A stretch of 64,000 bases of DNA, taken from Callorhinchus milii. Its lineage: Eukaryota. Of the stretch, positions 40,285 to 55,046 are shown in pieces (the stretch's first letter is position 1; every line of letters begins with the position of its first letter). Where the stretch lies: the NCBI RefSeq assembly GCF_018977255.1, contig NW_024704742.1, forward strand, positions 21,764,001 to 21,828,000, written 5' to 3'. A model generated the notes under the pieces. That model saw only the letters and a list, made by a program, of their open reading frames with translations. It was not told where the DNA came from and did not search any database. The position numbers and the translations under genes are program-made.

Positions 40285-41090
40285 GGAGGATTTGAACGTA
40301 GTTGGGAATTGGGCAGATGAAATTCAATGTGGAGAAATGTAAAGTACTTCACATGGGGACAAAAAATCCTGGAAGGGATATTATTTGAAGGAAAATAATA
40401 TGCTTGGAAAATGAAAAGGACCTGGAGGTCCTGATTGCAATAAATTGAAGCTCTCCCAACAATGCTCTGTGGCAGTGAGTAAAGCAAACCAGATGTTGGA
40501 ATGTATCAAAAGATCAACAGCAAGCCAAAATAGTGGGGTAATTCTGCCATTGCATAAATCATTAGTGAGACCATACTTAAAGTACTGTGCATAGTCCTGG
40601 TCACTGGAGTACAAAAAGGATATTGGAGAAATCGAGAGGGCATCCAAAATGATTGAGGGAATGGAAGGACTGGACTATGAGGAGCAACCTAAGTAAATTG
40701 GGCATGTTCACCCTGGAAAAGAGAAGATTGAGAGGCGACATGGTTGCTGTCTAAGATTCTAAAGGGGCAAAACAATATAGATCATGACAGGCTGTTTCAA
40801 CTTGTCCAGAATAGTAAAACCAGAGGTCACGGCCTGCAATTGAAGAGGGTTAAATTCAGAACAAATCCACACAAACACTATTTCAGTGAGCGAATAGTGA
40901 ACCTGTAGAACAGGCTCCCTAGGTATATGGTTGAAGCAGGAAGTGTTGATTCTTTCAAACACAGATTAGATAGTTTTCTTTTAGGATATGTTATGGGATA
41001 TGTACATAGGTAGTTCGAGACATATGTGCATGCGACTGCCAGGAAGGTGGAAGGCAAACTAGATAGATCTTGGTCTTTTTTCATCTAGCA
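40285..41090 (+). mobile_element. CR1-clade LINE 3' fragment
   Basis: WQMKFNVEKCKVLHMG, SLVRPYLKYC and LEKRRLRGDM motifs; CR1-type 3' end. Confidence 0.82.
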
Positions 41091-41115
41091 TTTTTGTATT
41101 TTTGGATATTGATAA

Positions 41116-41226
<111 letters not shown>

Positions 41227-41803
41227 TAAGTTTAAAGTACTTATTAATCTTTAGTATCTTATTTGAAGTGCTCCCAGGTTCCATCTGTGCTGCTCTTTAG
41301 CTGCAATAGGGAAATGTGCACAAAATGCCAGTGTTAATGCTCCTAATTTAATCTTTACAAAGTACTTACAGGGTGAGCTTCCTGTGAATGGGATTTTAGC
41401 CAGAGTTGGGAAATCGTCCCTTTATCTGTGACAGACCCTACTTCTTCGGCCGCTCCTTCCACTCAGCCTGTTTCATGATCCTACCTAATTTGCCCCACCA
41501 TTGGTGGGAGAGCTTTCAACCATTCTGCCCCCACTCTTTGCGTTCTCTGTCTTTAAAGCCTTTTATTTTCTAATGTGCTTTCAGTCACCTTCTCTTACTG
41601 CCTTTCTTTTCACATAATACCTTATGAATTATGAACAGTATTACATAGTATAAAGAGTGAAAATAAGATTTAATTTGTTTCTATTCTTTGTCGATCTAAC
41701 CATGATTATTGTAATAGTGTTTTCTAGTGTGATGGTATGTAGGCTTTTATCTCAAAGTACTATTGCTGCATTATATTGAGGCAGCAATGAATTTTTTTCC
41801 TGA

Positions 41804-41956
<153 letters not shown>

Positions 41957-43210
41957 TAAGCTGCAAGTATCAATTGCTGTGGCAGGGAGTAACAGTGTTA
42001 TAGAACTTGGCATTGAAATTATTTTGTAAGAATTTATTTCTGCAGGTATTTTAATGTTTCTATGTTTAAATATTTCTATGTTTAAATATTGAGTGGTTAT
42101 CTTGATATTCAATGGTGTTGGTGAAGTTGAACTGAATGCTGTTGACAACTGGGAAAGTTAAAGGCTGTTGTGTGACAAACGGAATGGGTATTGCTGCAGC
42201 CCTGTGTTCTCTGCAAATGTGATAGAACACAAAATAAAATGAAAAATACTGCATAAAATCATTATAAAACAAACAAGGAGGCCATGCCATGGTTCCCTTT
42301 AAGACTTGACTGACTGGTTCATTGTCCAGTTGGGTGAGGATGCCCCAACAAGCAGCCTACTAGACCAGAAGTGGAGGGGTGCCCTTGAGGAATTGGACGA
42401 GGGGTTGCTTGGAGGACGAGCTGTGGTCCTTCTCACAGCTATGTTTTTTTTCCTCTCCTCCTCTTAAAAGAGGCATTCTGCACAAGGAAGCTACTCACAT
42501 TGTGGGAATTTGACACATGGAATGTATATATCATTTGAGGTATTTTATCAATGTAAATTAAAAAGAAATAAAACATGTTTAATGGGTAAAACAAAATGAT
42601 ACAAAATTCTTGAAAAATATAATTAAAACTGTATTAAGAAAAATTATTTCATGGGGTTCTAGCTATCACTACCTGATTTGATCATAAAACAAATTGTAAC
42701 AAGGTGGTCTGTGCAGCTTCACTATTAGAAAATAAACCATAAACCACATGCTTTAATTGTGTCTTAGGGTATCAGCACCATTAGAAACCAAATCTGCTAC
42801 CTATCACAGAGCACTTCACCTTCTACCTTCTGAAATAGATGTTGGGAACTGAAAGAAGTAGAACAGTTAGAAAGTAGTAAAAATATATAAACTGATATCT
42901 GAGGAATTAATGAAGGACTGTATTCTTTTATGGTTTGTAGCTAGTGTGACCAATTAGTTAAATGTTGTATGATGTGGGTTTTAAATATTTGATTTGTTTG
43001 TCAACTGAGCTTTGAAAGAAATTATGTGGAATATCTTTTGAACTTATAACTATGATTTCATGAACTGAAAAATGTAGTTTGTTTGACTTTCTTGATTTGA
43101 GTGATATGATGTAAATACAAGTTATTTGAATGGTAAAGGTTTGAAAGGAAAACATAATACCTCTACAAATTTTCTTAATGAATTTAGTAATGGTTTCTTG
43201 TAAAACATAA

Positions 43211-43363
<153 letters not shown>

Positions 43364-43473
43364 TGAATTTAAAAATGTCTTCTTAATAAGCTGCTCTTTA
43401 CAGCTTTGTGTGTCGATTTACTAAAAGCATATTGTTTGAAGTAAGACTAAGAAGGACATGCATTTCTCAACAG

Positions 43474-43695
43474 GGATCAATATATTTTTGGACGGGTATG
43501 TGCCAACGGAAAACTTGAGATTTCGAGACGCTTCTCTGATTTTCAAGGTAGCTGAAACAGCCAACGAGGAAGAAATCAAGAAAATGTGCAGATACCATTA
43601 TCCCCGAATGAGAAAGAAAATGGGCGAGTTTGAACTGGAGATTGCAGCTGGAGAATTCACAGATTCTGAAATCATGGTGATGCTTGGAGAAAATG
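43474..43695 (+). CDS. ABCE1: ABCE1 coding exon 10 (ends at a GC donor)
   Basis: [73 protein letters not shown](G); 222 nt; donor G|GCAAGT. Confidence 0.96.
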
Positions 43696-43766
43696 GCAAG
43701 TGCTCTATCACCCGTTGTTTGGCTTTCATTATAGACAACTCTCAACACTTGATGTCTGTTGCAGAA

Positions 43767-43830
43767 TACAACGAAACCCCGCCGTAACACGCCTCACTAT
43801 TAATGAGGATTCGCATATAACACGGTTGCA
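43767..43830 (+). mobile_element. Tigger/pogo-like DNA transposon terminal fragment
   Basis: TA + caacgaaaccccgccgtaacacg...gattcgcatataacacgg resembles Tc1/mariner-Tigger termini. No matching far end was seen. Confidence 0.45.
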
Positions 43831-43920
43831 CTGTGGACCTTGTTTAACGCACACACGCGGAGCCTTCCTGCTCGCTAGTTGTTTTGTTTGCGCGAGAATG
43901 GCCAACCTCCAGTTCATTAG

Positions 43921-44088
<168 letters not shown>

Positions 44089-44154
44089 TAATATTTTCTG
44101 TTGACTCTGAACTAATGACTTTGTACTGTATAACCAATATAAATGTATTGACAG

Positions 44155-44213
44155 GTGAAGTGCCTGTTCTAAATGTCAGCTACAAGCCGCAGAAAATCAG
44201 CCCCAAGTCTCAA
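44155..44213 (+). CDS. ABCE1: ABCE1 coding exon 12
   Basis: EVPVLNVSYKPQKISPKSQ; 59 nt. Confidence 0.97.
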
Positions 44214-44400
44214 GTAAGTAGCAACGTTTTCCGATCTTTTTCCAATCTATTCATGAAAAAAGATGGAAGGGTCTTTCCAGACCCTCTGCAGGAACTGAAG
44301 TCCAGTCTAGATCAATGTGGCAAATGTTTGCGAAAAGTTGATTCTATTTAAAATACAATGCAGTTTATGTTCTAGCACTGGTAGTTTACAACACATATTG

Positions 44401-44748
44401 GGTCCAAGTCACTGTGCACAGCTGGCCCGATCACATCCCGCGTGCCAGCCAGCGTCCGTGCTAAAATGAGCCGACGGCCGGGTCATTGAATTGCTGCCAG
44501 TGTTGCTTCCTATTACATGCTCAGCATACAGGAAGTGACATCGGTGGGTGCCCAGACAGTCGGCCATTTGGGCTTTCCGTGCGCTAAAAACGACTGGTTT
44601 CCTGGTCATCAGGTTGTCATCAGACCCTGTGTGCTGTACCATGAGAAACACAAGAAATGACATCAGCGCCCATCTGATCATCCAAATTGGCCAAAAACAG
44701 CCAGAGTGCAGAAAGCAAGCTGGCCAGCTGCACACATGACTGAAACCA
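44401..44748. mobile_element. MITE-like element with imperfect ~27-bp terminal inverted repeats
   Basis: ggtccaagtcactgtgcacagctggcc ... ggccagctgcacacatgactgaaacc; CpG-rich interior with internal direct repeats. Confidence 0.5.
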
Positions 44749-45165
44749 GCTATTGTGGCCTTGTTACAGACCGGTTGAGATTCTGTAGAACCCCAACTAC
44801 CATCCTGTAGCAAAATACCACTGTAATTGTAACTGCTTGGCTCTGAGGCAAAGAGTTAAGTTCAGAAATGTTCCTGTATTTCATCCTGATATCCAAATGC
44901 ACATTAGAGCCAGCCATTTTCTTCATGAATGCAAGCCTCAACTGAAAGTTCCTCAGGCTAGAATTTCCACTACATTGAAGTCTAAAAGTCTTATCCTGAT
45001 ATGCCTTTGTCATAAAATTTTCATGTTTGTCTGCTAATCTTCTTGTAGAAATCTACATATATTCATTTGAACATAAAAGCCAGTTTAAAAAAAACTCATA
45101 GGTGGTACAACCTTTGTTTACAATGTTCATGAGCGTTTAAAAAATGCCTCTACTTTACTCCCTAG

Positions 45166-45291
<126 letters not shown>

Positions 45292-45883
45292 TAGTATAAT
45301 CTAGAAAGAGCAGAATTTCTCCAGAGAGATGTTTATTTGATGATATGTGCCTTTATTGAGCCACCACCAAAGCTTTTCTATCAGATTGGAGGAATTTAAT
45401 TTGATTTTAAATTGTGGGCATTCCTGTACTTATTATTTGAGTATAAGAATTTATTTTCTTTCTTGGGTCAACATCCACTATCCCAGGCAAGGGAATGAGC
45501 TGGTAACTTTGTCTCAGCAATATCACTCTGAAGTGGGTGTACAAGAATGAGGCTTGGTAAGTCTGTTCAATTACTTACTTATGGGGCAAGCATCTCCCCT
45601 GTGCTTGGTGAGTCCCCATAATTATGGCTGAAGTCAGTGTATTAGCATATAACCTAAACCTCCAAACTATCTTTGTAGCAGAGCAATTTAGCTTTGAGCA
45701 TTTTACAATAACACAGTACACTTGCGCTCTGTTGAGTCTATGGGTGTAATTTACTTTCACTGCATTAGCCTTTTTTTTTCCATTTCTTTGCCTCCTTAAG
45801 TGACTTTTGGTATGAATTCTCTTTCAATTTCTCCAATGAATAAGGAAACTTTTCACAACTTTGGTTGTTTTTTGTCTAAACAG

Positions 45884-46026
45884 GTCCAGAATCTGTCTGG
45901 AGGTGAATTGCAACGAGTGGCACTGGCTCTTTGCCTGGGTAAACCTGCAGATGTCTACCTGATTGATGAACCATCTGCGTACTTGGACTCTGAGCAGCGT
46001 CTAATGGCTGGAAGGGTAATCAAGCG
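45884..46026 (+). CDS. ABCE1: ABCE1 coding exon 14 (signature 2, Walker B 2)
   Basis: [47 protein letters not shown](R); 143 nt. Confidence 0.98.
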
Positions 46027-46097
46027 GTAAGTGTTTTATTTGGAAACTGAACTAGTCGTTACTATTATTCATACTGTTTACCCAGTTGTTTTAGTAA

Positions 46098-46244
<147 letters not shown>

Positions 46245-47222
46245 TAAGTCATGTTTTATTGCTTTAAATGAATATTCATCTGAGCAATTAGGAATACAAT
46301 TTATGTTGTATGAATGCTTGAAAAACTCATTTTATACATCTGTTAAAAGGCATATTTAAGGTAAAGATAACAAGTTGTGACATTTACTTAAGAATTTAAT
46401 TTAAGCTATGAATTGATGCTTGGAGAGGTGAATCACCAAAAGATGAATTTCATGCAAGTCCTAAATTACCTAAATGAGAATTCTGGTTTGTTTTGGGGGA
46501 AAATTGTGGGTTTTTTCTAAATCTATCCACCTGGATTTGTGAGAAATTAGTAGGTTTTTTTGGCAAGCTTTAAGGAAAATATAACGGCCAGTGGCAACTC
46601 ATCTGTAACAATGAGTAATTGTGACTTCTGAATCTGCACAGGAGTCACTTGAGTAATATAAAGCCTAGGCTTTTAATTCAGGTTAGGGTTAGAGAGGGAT
46701 TTGAAGAATACAACGGCAGGTATTTAGAAAATCTATTTTCAGGTCAGATCCTGATGAAGACTGTAATGAAATGGTTACTTGTTGGGGAGGTTGGTTTCAC
46801 CATCATGTAAAGAAAGTGTTGAGCAAGAAATTCTATCCTTGTCAACACGCACAGCATTGCTGCGTAAAGAAACTACAACTTGAAGCAAATACTGAATAAA
46901 GGATGTAATATTTATGAATATTAGGAACAATTCCAAATGTAGATGCTCAAAAAGCTGCACATAACAGTAGGTCTCCAGCTTTTTTTTCATAACGGGGGGA
47001 AAATTGAGCAGGATGAAGGTAATCAGACTTGGTTAATGAGGTGATTGTCATCTACGGTTGGGGTAGCCTAATGTTTAAGGTATGTGGTTTCTCCCACTGG
47101 ATCACTAGCTTTGAGTTATACCTTTGTGTACCTGGAGACTTTCATTTGGGAAATTATGTGAATATTTATTCAGTCTGAATATTTTTTCAATTTGTGTTTA
47201 AATTATTAATCTAATTCTTTGA

Positions 47223-47423
<201 letters not shown>

Positions 47424-48497
47424 TGACTGTCATACAGTAGTGTTCAGTCACATCCATGTTTCAGGTTTTAAAACTTTCCAGACATGGTGAATGGAAAAAA
47501 ATCTATAACTTGAATGAATTACCATATATGTGCAGGGTAAGCGTAATATACACATCCATGGCATAACATTCTGAAACTAGAATTTTAGTATGAAGTTTAT
47601 AGCAGAATGCCATAGTGTAATGATTCACTTAAGCCTTTAAATGTTTACCTCTTCAAGCCTTTCTAAATATATTTTCTGTTACATTGTTAATGTCACATTT
47701 AGTGAAATAACATTTACTATCTTTATTTTAAGAGGTATCCAAGTAAAGAGTCTTGTTATATCTAGGCATCTCATTTTGGTGCAGAAATACTCCTACAGTT
47801 CGTAGAGTTCAGATTGTTGCTGATTCATGGGGAGGAGGTTCATGTTTCTTATTCTTCTTGCTGAGTTATGACCTGGGCCAAACGAAGTGTGGAAATATTT
47901 GTCAAAAAATTGCAGGGTGTTTGACAAATTTTGCAGAGGAATGTGATGGGTTTTGTGGAACATTACGGAGGGTTGATTAGTGCTATTGAGAGATGCATTT
48001 TGTGAAGCAACCCCGATTAAAACTATAGGCATATATTTCCTGAACATGTATATATACTAAATGTAAATTTGAATAGTACAGCATTTAGCAAGAATTTGTT
48101 GCAGGAGCACAGTTTAGGCTGTGCATGCCAAGCCGATTTCCTGCTCGCGCGCTTCCTTGATAACCAACATTCCCCGACCATGTGCGACCCGAGCCGCTCA
48201 GCCCACAGTAGCAGCTTCGAGCAAGCAGCACGCAGGGGCCCGAGGTCAAGTACTCTGTGTGGATTTGTAGGGGATTCCACGGAAAAAACATGGCCGCACT
48301 TTTTTTATTGGCCCAGGTAATGAGATTAGTTTGCTGAAGTACACAGAGGAAGCTATGCCCTTCCTTCCCCTTTTCATGGTTTATTGTGCATGTGGAGGGA
48401 TTAAAAATTGGGGTTGAGAATAAATGCAGCAAAAGTGATTTTTTTTTGTTTATATATAAAAAAAATCCCTGTAATTTGTGTGTTCTCTTTTCCGTAG

Positions 48498-48545
48498 GAT
48501 GTGGAGCAAAAGAAGAGCGGAAACTACTTTTTCTTGGATGACTAA
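48498..48545 (+). CDS. ABCE1: ABCE1 last coding exon
   Basis: DVEQKKSGNYFFLDD*. The 17 exons sum to 1800 nt = 599 aa + stop, the canonical ABCE1/RLI1 length. Confidence 0.98.
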   Translation, partial: DVEQKKSGNYFFLDD

Positions 48546-48955
48546 ATTTGTTTTTGTGAATCCGGTTTGCCACATTTATAACGAGAAGCAATTACATTGA
48601 ACACTGACAGGTTACATCTTGCTTTTTCTCTGTTATAATCAACATCTACAAAACAAATGCTTTCTGTTTAACTTCATGTCACTCTGAATTTTTGTAGCTA
48701 ATTGGTATAAAATGGTGAAATTGTGGCTTGTCGCAATTACATTTATTTATTCATGGCAAAAATGTGACTGCGGGAGACAAGACGTAAGTGCTACAAATGG
48801 TCAACAATAACCATGTACTGAAAACTGACCAGAGGAATTGTGGAACACTTGGGAAGAAAAAAAACAAATTCTGCTTTTATTATGTTTGTTTCATTGACAA
48901 TAATTGGATTTTTGATGAGTAAACTTATTTGCAAGCAAAGCATCCTGTTACCAAT

Positions 48956-49454
48956 ATTAAATCATAAAAACAAGGGTTGCAAGTTGTGTTTTCTCATTTT
49001 CAGACTGGAAAATTAATTGTAGCTATGTGGTTTCAATGTGTTGCAGAATGAAAATAATTGAGCAGGTTCTGTATAAGTTCCCAACCAGGCCACATTAAAG
49101 TTAGTGGTTGGGGAAAATGTTTAAAACAGCTGCATGTTGGTTATATGAAAGCCTGGGGAAGAATAATGGGGTCTGGTGGTATAAATAATACTCCATTACT
49201 AACTTGAAGAAAAATAGTGCTGAGATTCAATTAAATTGGCCATACTTTGCAGTAAATGTGCTTTCCTGTGTGATTGGACTTCATACCACACATATGCCAG
49301 GTGAATTATTATGCTAGAAATAGCTGCATGGTACTCTTAACTCTTCTGCAATAAATTCACTAAAGTAGCTGTAAATCATCGAAAAGGTTGAACTGCTGAA
49401 TCATGGACAAAGTTCATGATCCCAGTGTTAATATTGTTTAGTCAGTGGAATAAA
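48956..49454 (+). terminator. Candidate ABCE1 polyadenylation signals
   Basis: ATTAAA at 48956-48961 followed by a GT/T-rich tract; AATAAA at 49350 and 49449. Confidence 0.45.
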
Positions 49455-50827
49455 AGTACAATGAGAAGATACTATATAGTAGGGTAAAACAGTCAAGTCA
49501 ATAGGTTAAAATAATCCTTGCATTTGATCCAGTGATTTATTTTGACATTCACAGAATTTTACTGTATTTTTGTAGGTGAACATGGCAGCCAACTTGTGCG
49601 CAGCCATAAAGTTAATGACCCATTATATCTGGGGGAAATGTTGGTCACAATCTTTTTATAGTACCTTTATTGTCTACCTGAACAAACAAGCATAATATGT
49701 TTCACATCTCAGCTCTAACAATCCAGCACCAGCCTAGATTGTGAGCTCAAAGTCCCAACATGGGGCTTAAATCAACAAGTTTTTGACCTGAGTGCTGTTG
49801 ACTCTGCCAGGATGATCATTTCCATCTATTGGGAAGTTTGTGTTCAATTTACATGTTGAACAAATCAAACATTCTGTGCATGTTGTTTCACAAAATACTC
49901 TTTATATTGTTATAAGATCTTCAGTTAACCGGCTGAATGTGATTTAAGGGAACACTTTTAATTCCATTGGCTATTGAAATGTTTCAAATGGTTGTAATTA
50001 AATCACATTTGCAACAAGGTTTATACTTCTAGATGGGAGGGTACTTTTGAACCTAATCTGGCTGCTCTTTCCACTATAAATAGGCTAATTTCAATTACAT
50101 GAAACAATATCTGGTCTCAAACCTGCAAACATCCCAGCCAATATGATTTTTGTAAAATTATTACCCAATTTGATCCTGCCATTTTTGAAGTCAAATTACA
50201 CTTTACAACTTTTTCTTCAGAAAAATGGTGCACTATCCATTTGGCATCCAGAATACTGTCCTGTTCTGCAAATCCTGCAAGTTGTTACTTACTTTGCCCA
50301 AAAGGCTTGTGCCCTCACTGATTTGGGGAAGAGGTAATAAATAGGAGCCATTTTCAAAATTGTTCCTTTGCAGATTATGGTGCTGGTAGGTGGTTCGATA
50401 TTACAGATTTCAGTGGTGACAGCTGCACATTTAATCTGTTCCAGTTAAGCAGATGGATCATGTCTTTCCAGTGAAGCTTGTGCCAATACAAGGATGAGAT
50501 TAAATCAACAATGGATGGATGGCCAATTGATTGTCTCACCATCTGAAAATCATCAGTGAGGCAGATTGATGACTTCAATAAGATGCAGTGTCAATGAGCA
50601 AATTATTTTAAAGCAGATGCAGTTGAAGATCAAGACTGCTCATGGATTCCATTCAGCACCAAACTAAGGCCAGTGCCCCAAGATTCTCCATTTAGATGGA
50701 CAGTTTGTAAATTAAAGATGTTTGATTCAATTATCAAAACAAATGCAGTACAAGTAAAAAGGCATAAACAACTTGTGTCCAGGTCAGCACTCTAAAAGAC
50801 TTTAATATGAAAAAGCATTTTTTTTCT

Positions 50828-50833
50828 TTTATT
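50828..50833 (-). terminator. Candidate OTUD4 polyadenylation signal (implies a ~4.2 kb 3'UTR)
   Basis: AATAAA on the - strand at the end of a long, AU-rich, mostly repeat-poor region downstream of the OTUD4 stop. Confidence 0.45.
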
Positions 50834-52078
50834 CTGTTCACAAGAACATGAAGATAATAGTGAAAAGATTTCATACCATAACCAGTGATAGTGCACAACA
50901 AAAATAGAAAATATACAAAATACAGTTCAGTAAAGTTTTAAGTTACAAAAAATAAATTTGCAGTTCAGTGTTCTGCAGACAGCTAGCTCATACTGCATTA
51001 GTTTGCATATTATGAGATTGCATTTTACAATACCACATGTGCCAAATGGAAGTAGCTGTAATGCTATTAACACATTCTTAAACACTGAAGTAAACATTAA
51101 AAGTAAAAACTCAAGCAACCACTGCATTCTTTTAAATTTCATTGAATAATTCTAATAAGACCAAATTACACACACTTCTTACAAATACTCATTTAGATGA
51201 ATAAGATGTAACTGGGACAGTAGTATCCTAACTGGGAGAAAAATAAACACCATTACTACCATTGTATATAATACTTAAATAGTTATTTTGTGAAAAAAAT
51301 ATTCCTGATGAATTATAAAATATCTACAATACACAATTCCTATAAAGGAGATTTTTTAAAACCAAATTACAATCTTCACAGGCAGCTTTTGATGAAAGCA
51401 ACAACATTCTTTGTAAACTGCATCAACTATGATGCATAATATTTTTCTAAAAAGCTTAGAATTGGTATACATACACACACACTGAAGAAGCCAAATAACT
51501 AATTCACAAAAGATGCAATTTTCATCAATTTTAAACTAATGTTTAGAATGGGTCAGACCAAGGCACATACAATTCAGCTCAGGGCTGAAAAATACCAGAG
51601 AACCTAGCTTGGTAACCTGCATTATGGGTATAACTGGAAATCCATAGTACCCTACAATTGTGTGTGAGCAATTTTGGGCAGCAGTTTGAAATCAGTAAAG
51701 CTGCATGTACAGATGAAAAGAAACAGGGAGACCTGATACCAGGAAAAGAGCTGTGAAGAGTTAAAAGTTTCATACACACCAAATAAAGTACCCTAAGTAG
51801 GCCACAGTCACGCAGGGTAAGAACTAACACAAAAACAAGATATTTAAAAAGTCGCTAGAAACAAATACACAACGGTTTTAAATATCCAGTCGGGAATTGC
51901 CAACAAAATCACAGACAAAAACCTTTTAAGAGGAAAGGTAATTTCAGCAGCCTCCTGCAGCAGTAGGTGGAAACTATTAATATTATAATTCAATTTCCAA
52001 AAAACTAACACAGGCACGATGGGCAAAATGGCCTTCCCCTGCGCTGTAATATTCTATAAGGGCAGTCAATAGACTTCT

Positions 52079-52390
52079 GGAATCCTGTAACTCAGTGGTT
52101 AGAGCACTCGTCTTGCAAACGAGAGACCTGCATTCAATTCCCAGCAGGGCAAAACTTTGGGCAAGTCTCCTTACTCCACAAGCCTGAAAATAATCCCTCA
52201 AAATATAAACAATAATAAATTGGTCACTTCAATCTATGACTGTTTGTGGGACACTGCTGTGTGCAATCAGCTGCCGCATTTTGCCCACAAATATACAGTC
52301 AATTCACTTTACAGTATATTCTGTGAATTGCTTTGAGACGCCTAGAAGACGTGAAAAAAGCGCTATATCAAATGCAAGGATTATTATTAT
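52079..52390 (+). mobile_element. Full-length SINE, antisense within the putative OTUD4 3'UTR
   Basis: Head, Deu-like core and atcaaatgcaaggattattatt tail are all present. Confidence 0.88.
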
Positions 52391-55046
52391 ATCTTCTGTA
52401 TTTTGCCCTCATTACTGAGTGTAGGATTTTCGTCGCCTATTTCAAGTAGAAAGAAACATTGTGAAAAAGTGACCTGAATAGCGATTTGCTGAGAAGCCCA
52501 CAAGATGCGGGTCAATTATGTTGCATACACATCTGCAGAGTTTTTTTGTGCTTCGTGCTGCAGTCTGGCACACCTGGATAAGCATTAATTGCTGAATCCT
52601 GAGGCAATCTGCACATTTTCTTTTTAAAAAAATCAGTGGAAGGAAGTAGCATCTGAGAACCACAGCTTTGCTTTATTGTAGATCAGATTAAAACCTGTTC
52701 CATGTCAAAATACCCCTGAAAGAGAGGCCTCATAACTTCAAAATCATGTGATCTCAAAGCACAGCAAGAGGTATGTAGAGTATCAGCCACTGAGAAGAAT
52801 CTAAGACATCCCCCCCCCCCACCTCCGCCAAATAAAACCCAAAAACAGTGATTAACTGGAGGCCAAGGTTGAACCAACCAGTCAAACCAACTGAGGTAGA
52901 TCTCAGTAAGCTAATACCAAAGAAAATGACACCAACTACAGTGAAACCTCCGATATTTCCCGAAGTCACAAGCTTTTTAAAGACTACTCATAGAGCGGCT
53001 GACAACAAACCACAATGATTTACAATGAAGAGAAGACGCACTGAAACCAAAGCTTTTTCTTGGGTGTGTGTTGACAAGAGATGGGACTGAAAAAGAAAAC
53101 CAATCCCGTGCAGCAGAATTTTGCATACAACAGTGGTGATCACCCGGCCTAAAGAGGCAGTGCAATAGTACAAATTTCTCAAAGGGAAGATTGTCAAAAA
53201 GTGATTTTTTTTCTCACCTATGACAGAAAAGACATTATGAACATTTCTATTTTTTGTGAAGGTTGAACAAATGAGGAAGTTGGCCCATTATAACTGTCTA
53301 ACTACTGAGCCCAAGGTGAACAAAGTTTGTATCAAGTGCATAAGTGTTTTGTCAAGACAAATGCAGATGTGTCCAAAACTCCTCGTTCTACTGACAAAAA
53401 TGCACATCAATCCAGTTTAACCGACTAATAGTCATTTCAACCCAAAGCTAAAACCCATAATAAACACACATCTACAACAAGAACAACTTGCATTTGTATA
53501 GCGTCCTTTGAGCACTTATCCAGTATTGGCTAGTTATTTTAATTACAGTAATTTTAATTGTATTCCAATAGGTTACTATAAAAGCACTATCCTCAGCCCT
53601 GAGTATGGTTCTTAGGATAAAATAAACCGCAAAAAGCCTATATTCTTTTAATAACAATCTGTAACAGTTACAATCAATTTGAAATAGTATTTTCTATGAT
53701 TTTTCCTTCTATTATGCATTTAAATCCTAGTCTCCCTATTTATTAAAACTTTTGTTCACATCTCACCTGAAGTATTTCAATTCCATCGCAAAAGTTTTGG
53801 TTCTCACTTGTCATTGTACTGTACATTTCAGACATGCAAGTGTGAAAAGGGACAAAATATTATACCAAGAATTTAGTGCAAAGTTCCTAAAGAATATACA
53901 TTCTAAACAATGAGATACCTCAATGAAATATCTAGTTTTGAAAAATATGTTTTAACAAGCAGACTCTGATTTTCTTCTAAGGCACCTTTCTGGCAAGATG
54001 GTACTCAAGTCTACCTTCTATATTCAGTATTGAAGCTAATTTATTCCAGAGGCATCTCAAAATCACAATTTCTATATTAGTATTTTTATGTGATTACTGC
54101 TGTAACGGGAGCTGGAGACAAACCTCGCGTTTCTTCTATGAAAGGAACAAAACAAATTTAAATTCAGGTTTCATTCTCAAATTTCCAGGAATTCAAATTA
54201 ATTTCTTAGCTCTGCTTTGTTTGGGAGTGAAGGGGAAAGAAAAGGAATAGAAGCGCCATTCTCTTGTCAGCATCATACATTATCTGATGCAACCACCACC
54301 GATTGCTACATTCATTGGAAACTGGTGGAAGTATATTTATTAGGATGCATCTAAATTTGTAATGTTAAATTTAGTCCACCATCCCACTCCTCACCTGGAT
54401 ACCTCCAAACACGAGACCACATTTGTTTCATGTAGGTGGACTGGATTTTTTTTTCCCCTAAAGCAATTATTTTGTAATTTCTCTCAAATAGACTTTGCTT
54501 TTGTTTCCTTCTCTTCCCCCTCCTCCCTTAATGTATTCAATTTAGTTTCCACTTCTTGCAATTGTTTTCGACATTTTAAAGTCTCTGCACAGACTTGGAA
54601 AAAAAATCAAAATCCTGCTGGGAACCAAATAACATAGGTCATAAAATCCACTAATTTTTTTTAAGCAGTCCAGTCCAGATTATGGTCACGTTAAATATTT
54701 GTCAAATCTGCTGTTTTTAGATTTGACTATTTCCTGCCCTATTTTAGACACCCTCTTACAGTTTTTTTTAAGTATTTCTAATGCACATTAACAAATGCTA
54801 TTTGAAAGACTAATTATTACATTGATTATTTAGCAGAATGCTACTGAAATCCTGTGTTGCCAAAGCTATTATTCAGAGAACAATGAAAGAAATAGTTCTA
54901 TTTCAATTAAAATTAACATTTCAATTAACATTGGGGAGGAAATTACACAAATGGATTTAGATCTTGCAGGATAACTTAAAGCAAACTGTTTAACTACAGC
55001 TCTAAACTGCAGCCCTATCAACTTCAGTTTCTCACAATTTGCCCAG

